Part shown: positions 62,608-64,000 of the stretch, piece by piece
How positions within the stretch are numbered: position 1 is the first letter of the stretch
Layout: each line of letters begins with the position of its first letter
Origin: Lama guanicoe
Taxonomy: Eukaryota
Assembly (NCBI GenBank): GCA_013239625.1
Contig: MU054338.1
Span: 6,610,724-6,674,723 of the forward strand
Length of the DNA: 64,000 nt
Reading direction: 5' to 3'
Notes under the pieces: generated by a model
What the model saw: the letters and a program-made list of their open reading frames with translations, nothing else
Told to the model about the DNA's origin: nothing
Databases searched by the model: none
Translations under genes and position numbers: made by a program

Positions 62608-63699
62608 CTAGAGGGGCAAGTGTTGTGTGAACTGGACGGGCTGGCTGCCCGCCCACAGCGGGGTGCTGGGGCGCCTCTGGCCACACCTGCTTAAGGAACC
62701 TCACCACTCTCTCCCCAAAACACACCCAAAACCACCTAAGCCAGATAGGAATGTTAAGAGCTTCAGGATAAACTGGTAAGAAGTCCGCAAGTGGTTGTGA
62801 AGGGGGCAAAACAATTCTTTATTCACTGCAGCATCTGAAAGCGGGAGGTGAGAAAAAACGTCAAAGTCTCTCATTGGGATTTGGGGCATATAAACAAAGT
62901 ACATTTAAGCTGCCCACCCTCTAGACATTTATGAAAAGACTCGTGTTCTCCCTTCTCCTCTTTTTGACCTTATTTTTGTCCATAGCACTCATCACCTTTC
63001 ACATACAAAATTGTCTACTCAGTTAACTTGTTTCTCCTCTTCCCCCACCATGGAATGTCAGCCCAGGAGGGCAGGGATCTTTGCTTTGACCCCTGTTGGG
63101 TCCTTGACACCCAGTAGGTACTCTATGTTTGCAGAAAGAATAAGGTTGAACCACCCACTCTGATTTGAGGCCATTTGGGAGTTTCCTTTTAAGGGAAAAA
63201 AGTTCCCAAAGGAGCTGTGGGATCCCCTGAAATATTCAAAATGTAAGACCAACCCACAGACATGCAAAACGAGACTCTGAGTATCCCCTGAAAAACAACA
63301 GGCAGGCTTGGGTGCCGTACGCTGAGGTCTCCAATCTATATGAGGAAACAGAATTCTAAGCCTGGAAAGCTGGTGAAAATCACTAGCAAGAAAAAAAAAT
63401 CACCAGCAGGGCCCTGGTGACCTGTGGCTTAACACTGAGACCACCCCGCCAGGCTCCTCAGGGAGGGGTCTTAAGGCCTCCCACTTCCTATTCCCACCTC
63501 AGGAGACCCTAAAATGTTACTTGGCAGTGCTGTTAAAGTGTTAGGAGTCTGGTTTGGATTCCTAGCTTTGCTGGTTTTTCGTGATGGGCTGAGGGGGATT
63601 GACTTTGCCACTGGAACCTTCCCACCCCTCCGGGCTATGGAAGCGAAGCCTCGGTTCTCTCCGCTGTGAACTGGGGCTAGTGGAGTTAGGACTATTCTT

Positions 63700-63752
63700 T
63701 TTTTTTTTTTTAACTTTTTTTGAATTATAGTCATTTTACAATGTTGTGAAGG
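63700..63752 (-). mobile_element. Extremely 5'-truncated L1 3'-end insertion in ICAM1 intron 2
   Basis: Minus strand reads cacaacattgtaaaatgactataattcaaaaaaagtt followed by poly(A). 13-bp TSD tagg(a/c)ctattctt at 63687-63699 and 63753-63765. Confidence 0.75.
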
Positions 63753-64000
63753 TAGGCCTATTCTTAATCCACTTCAGAAGTTGAGAGAGTGACTGTAAAT
63801 AGGCATGAAATTACTTTTTAAGGTGATGGACGTGTTCTTAATCCACATTGTGGTTGCACAACTCTATAAATACAAATTCATTGCACTGTATTCGAAAAGC
63901 TGTTAAAAATAAAAGGCTGAGAAACCCCTTAGAGATTCAAGTTTTACGTCTAACCACCTGTTACAAACCCCCACTTGCAGAGCTGGAGGCCCCCCTCAAA

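Overview
Mammalian genomic DNA: the conserved immune/adhesion gene cluster syntenic with human 19p13.2. tRNA-derived SINEs of the Vic-1 type suggest a camelid (inference). On the + strand, head-to-tail: TYK2 (5' end outside window), ICAM3, RAVER1 (start codon inside an N gap), FDX2, ZGLP1. On the - strand: ICAM5, ICAM4, and ICAM1 exons 3-7 (exons 1-2 outside window). I traced exon boundaries by hand; splice phases join in frame and I saw no sign of pseudogenisation in the sequenced parts. Interspersed repeats include SINEs with TSDs, MLT1 LTRs, L1 fragments and a young ERV1-type solo LTR. There are two assembly gaps, both in RAVER1 exons. No new gene system is evident. The most interesting signals are: (1) a perfect composite BMP/Smad element (GGCGCC-N5-GTCTAGAC) inside ZGLP1 coding exon 1; (2) ICAM3 looks mosaic, ICAM1-like in D2 and intron 3 but ICAM5-like in the end of D3, intron 4 and D4; (3) an intact young solo LTR with 104-bp tandem enhancer repeats about 1.5 kb upstream of ICAM3; (4) an obligatory GC donor in TYK2; (5) in-frame, stop-free juxtamembrane introns in both ICAM1 and ICAM3. 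Comparisons with human and mouse proteins are from memory and need alignment.
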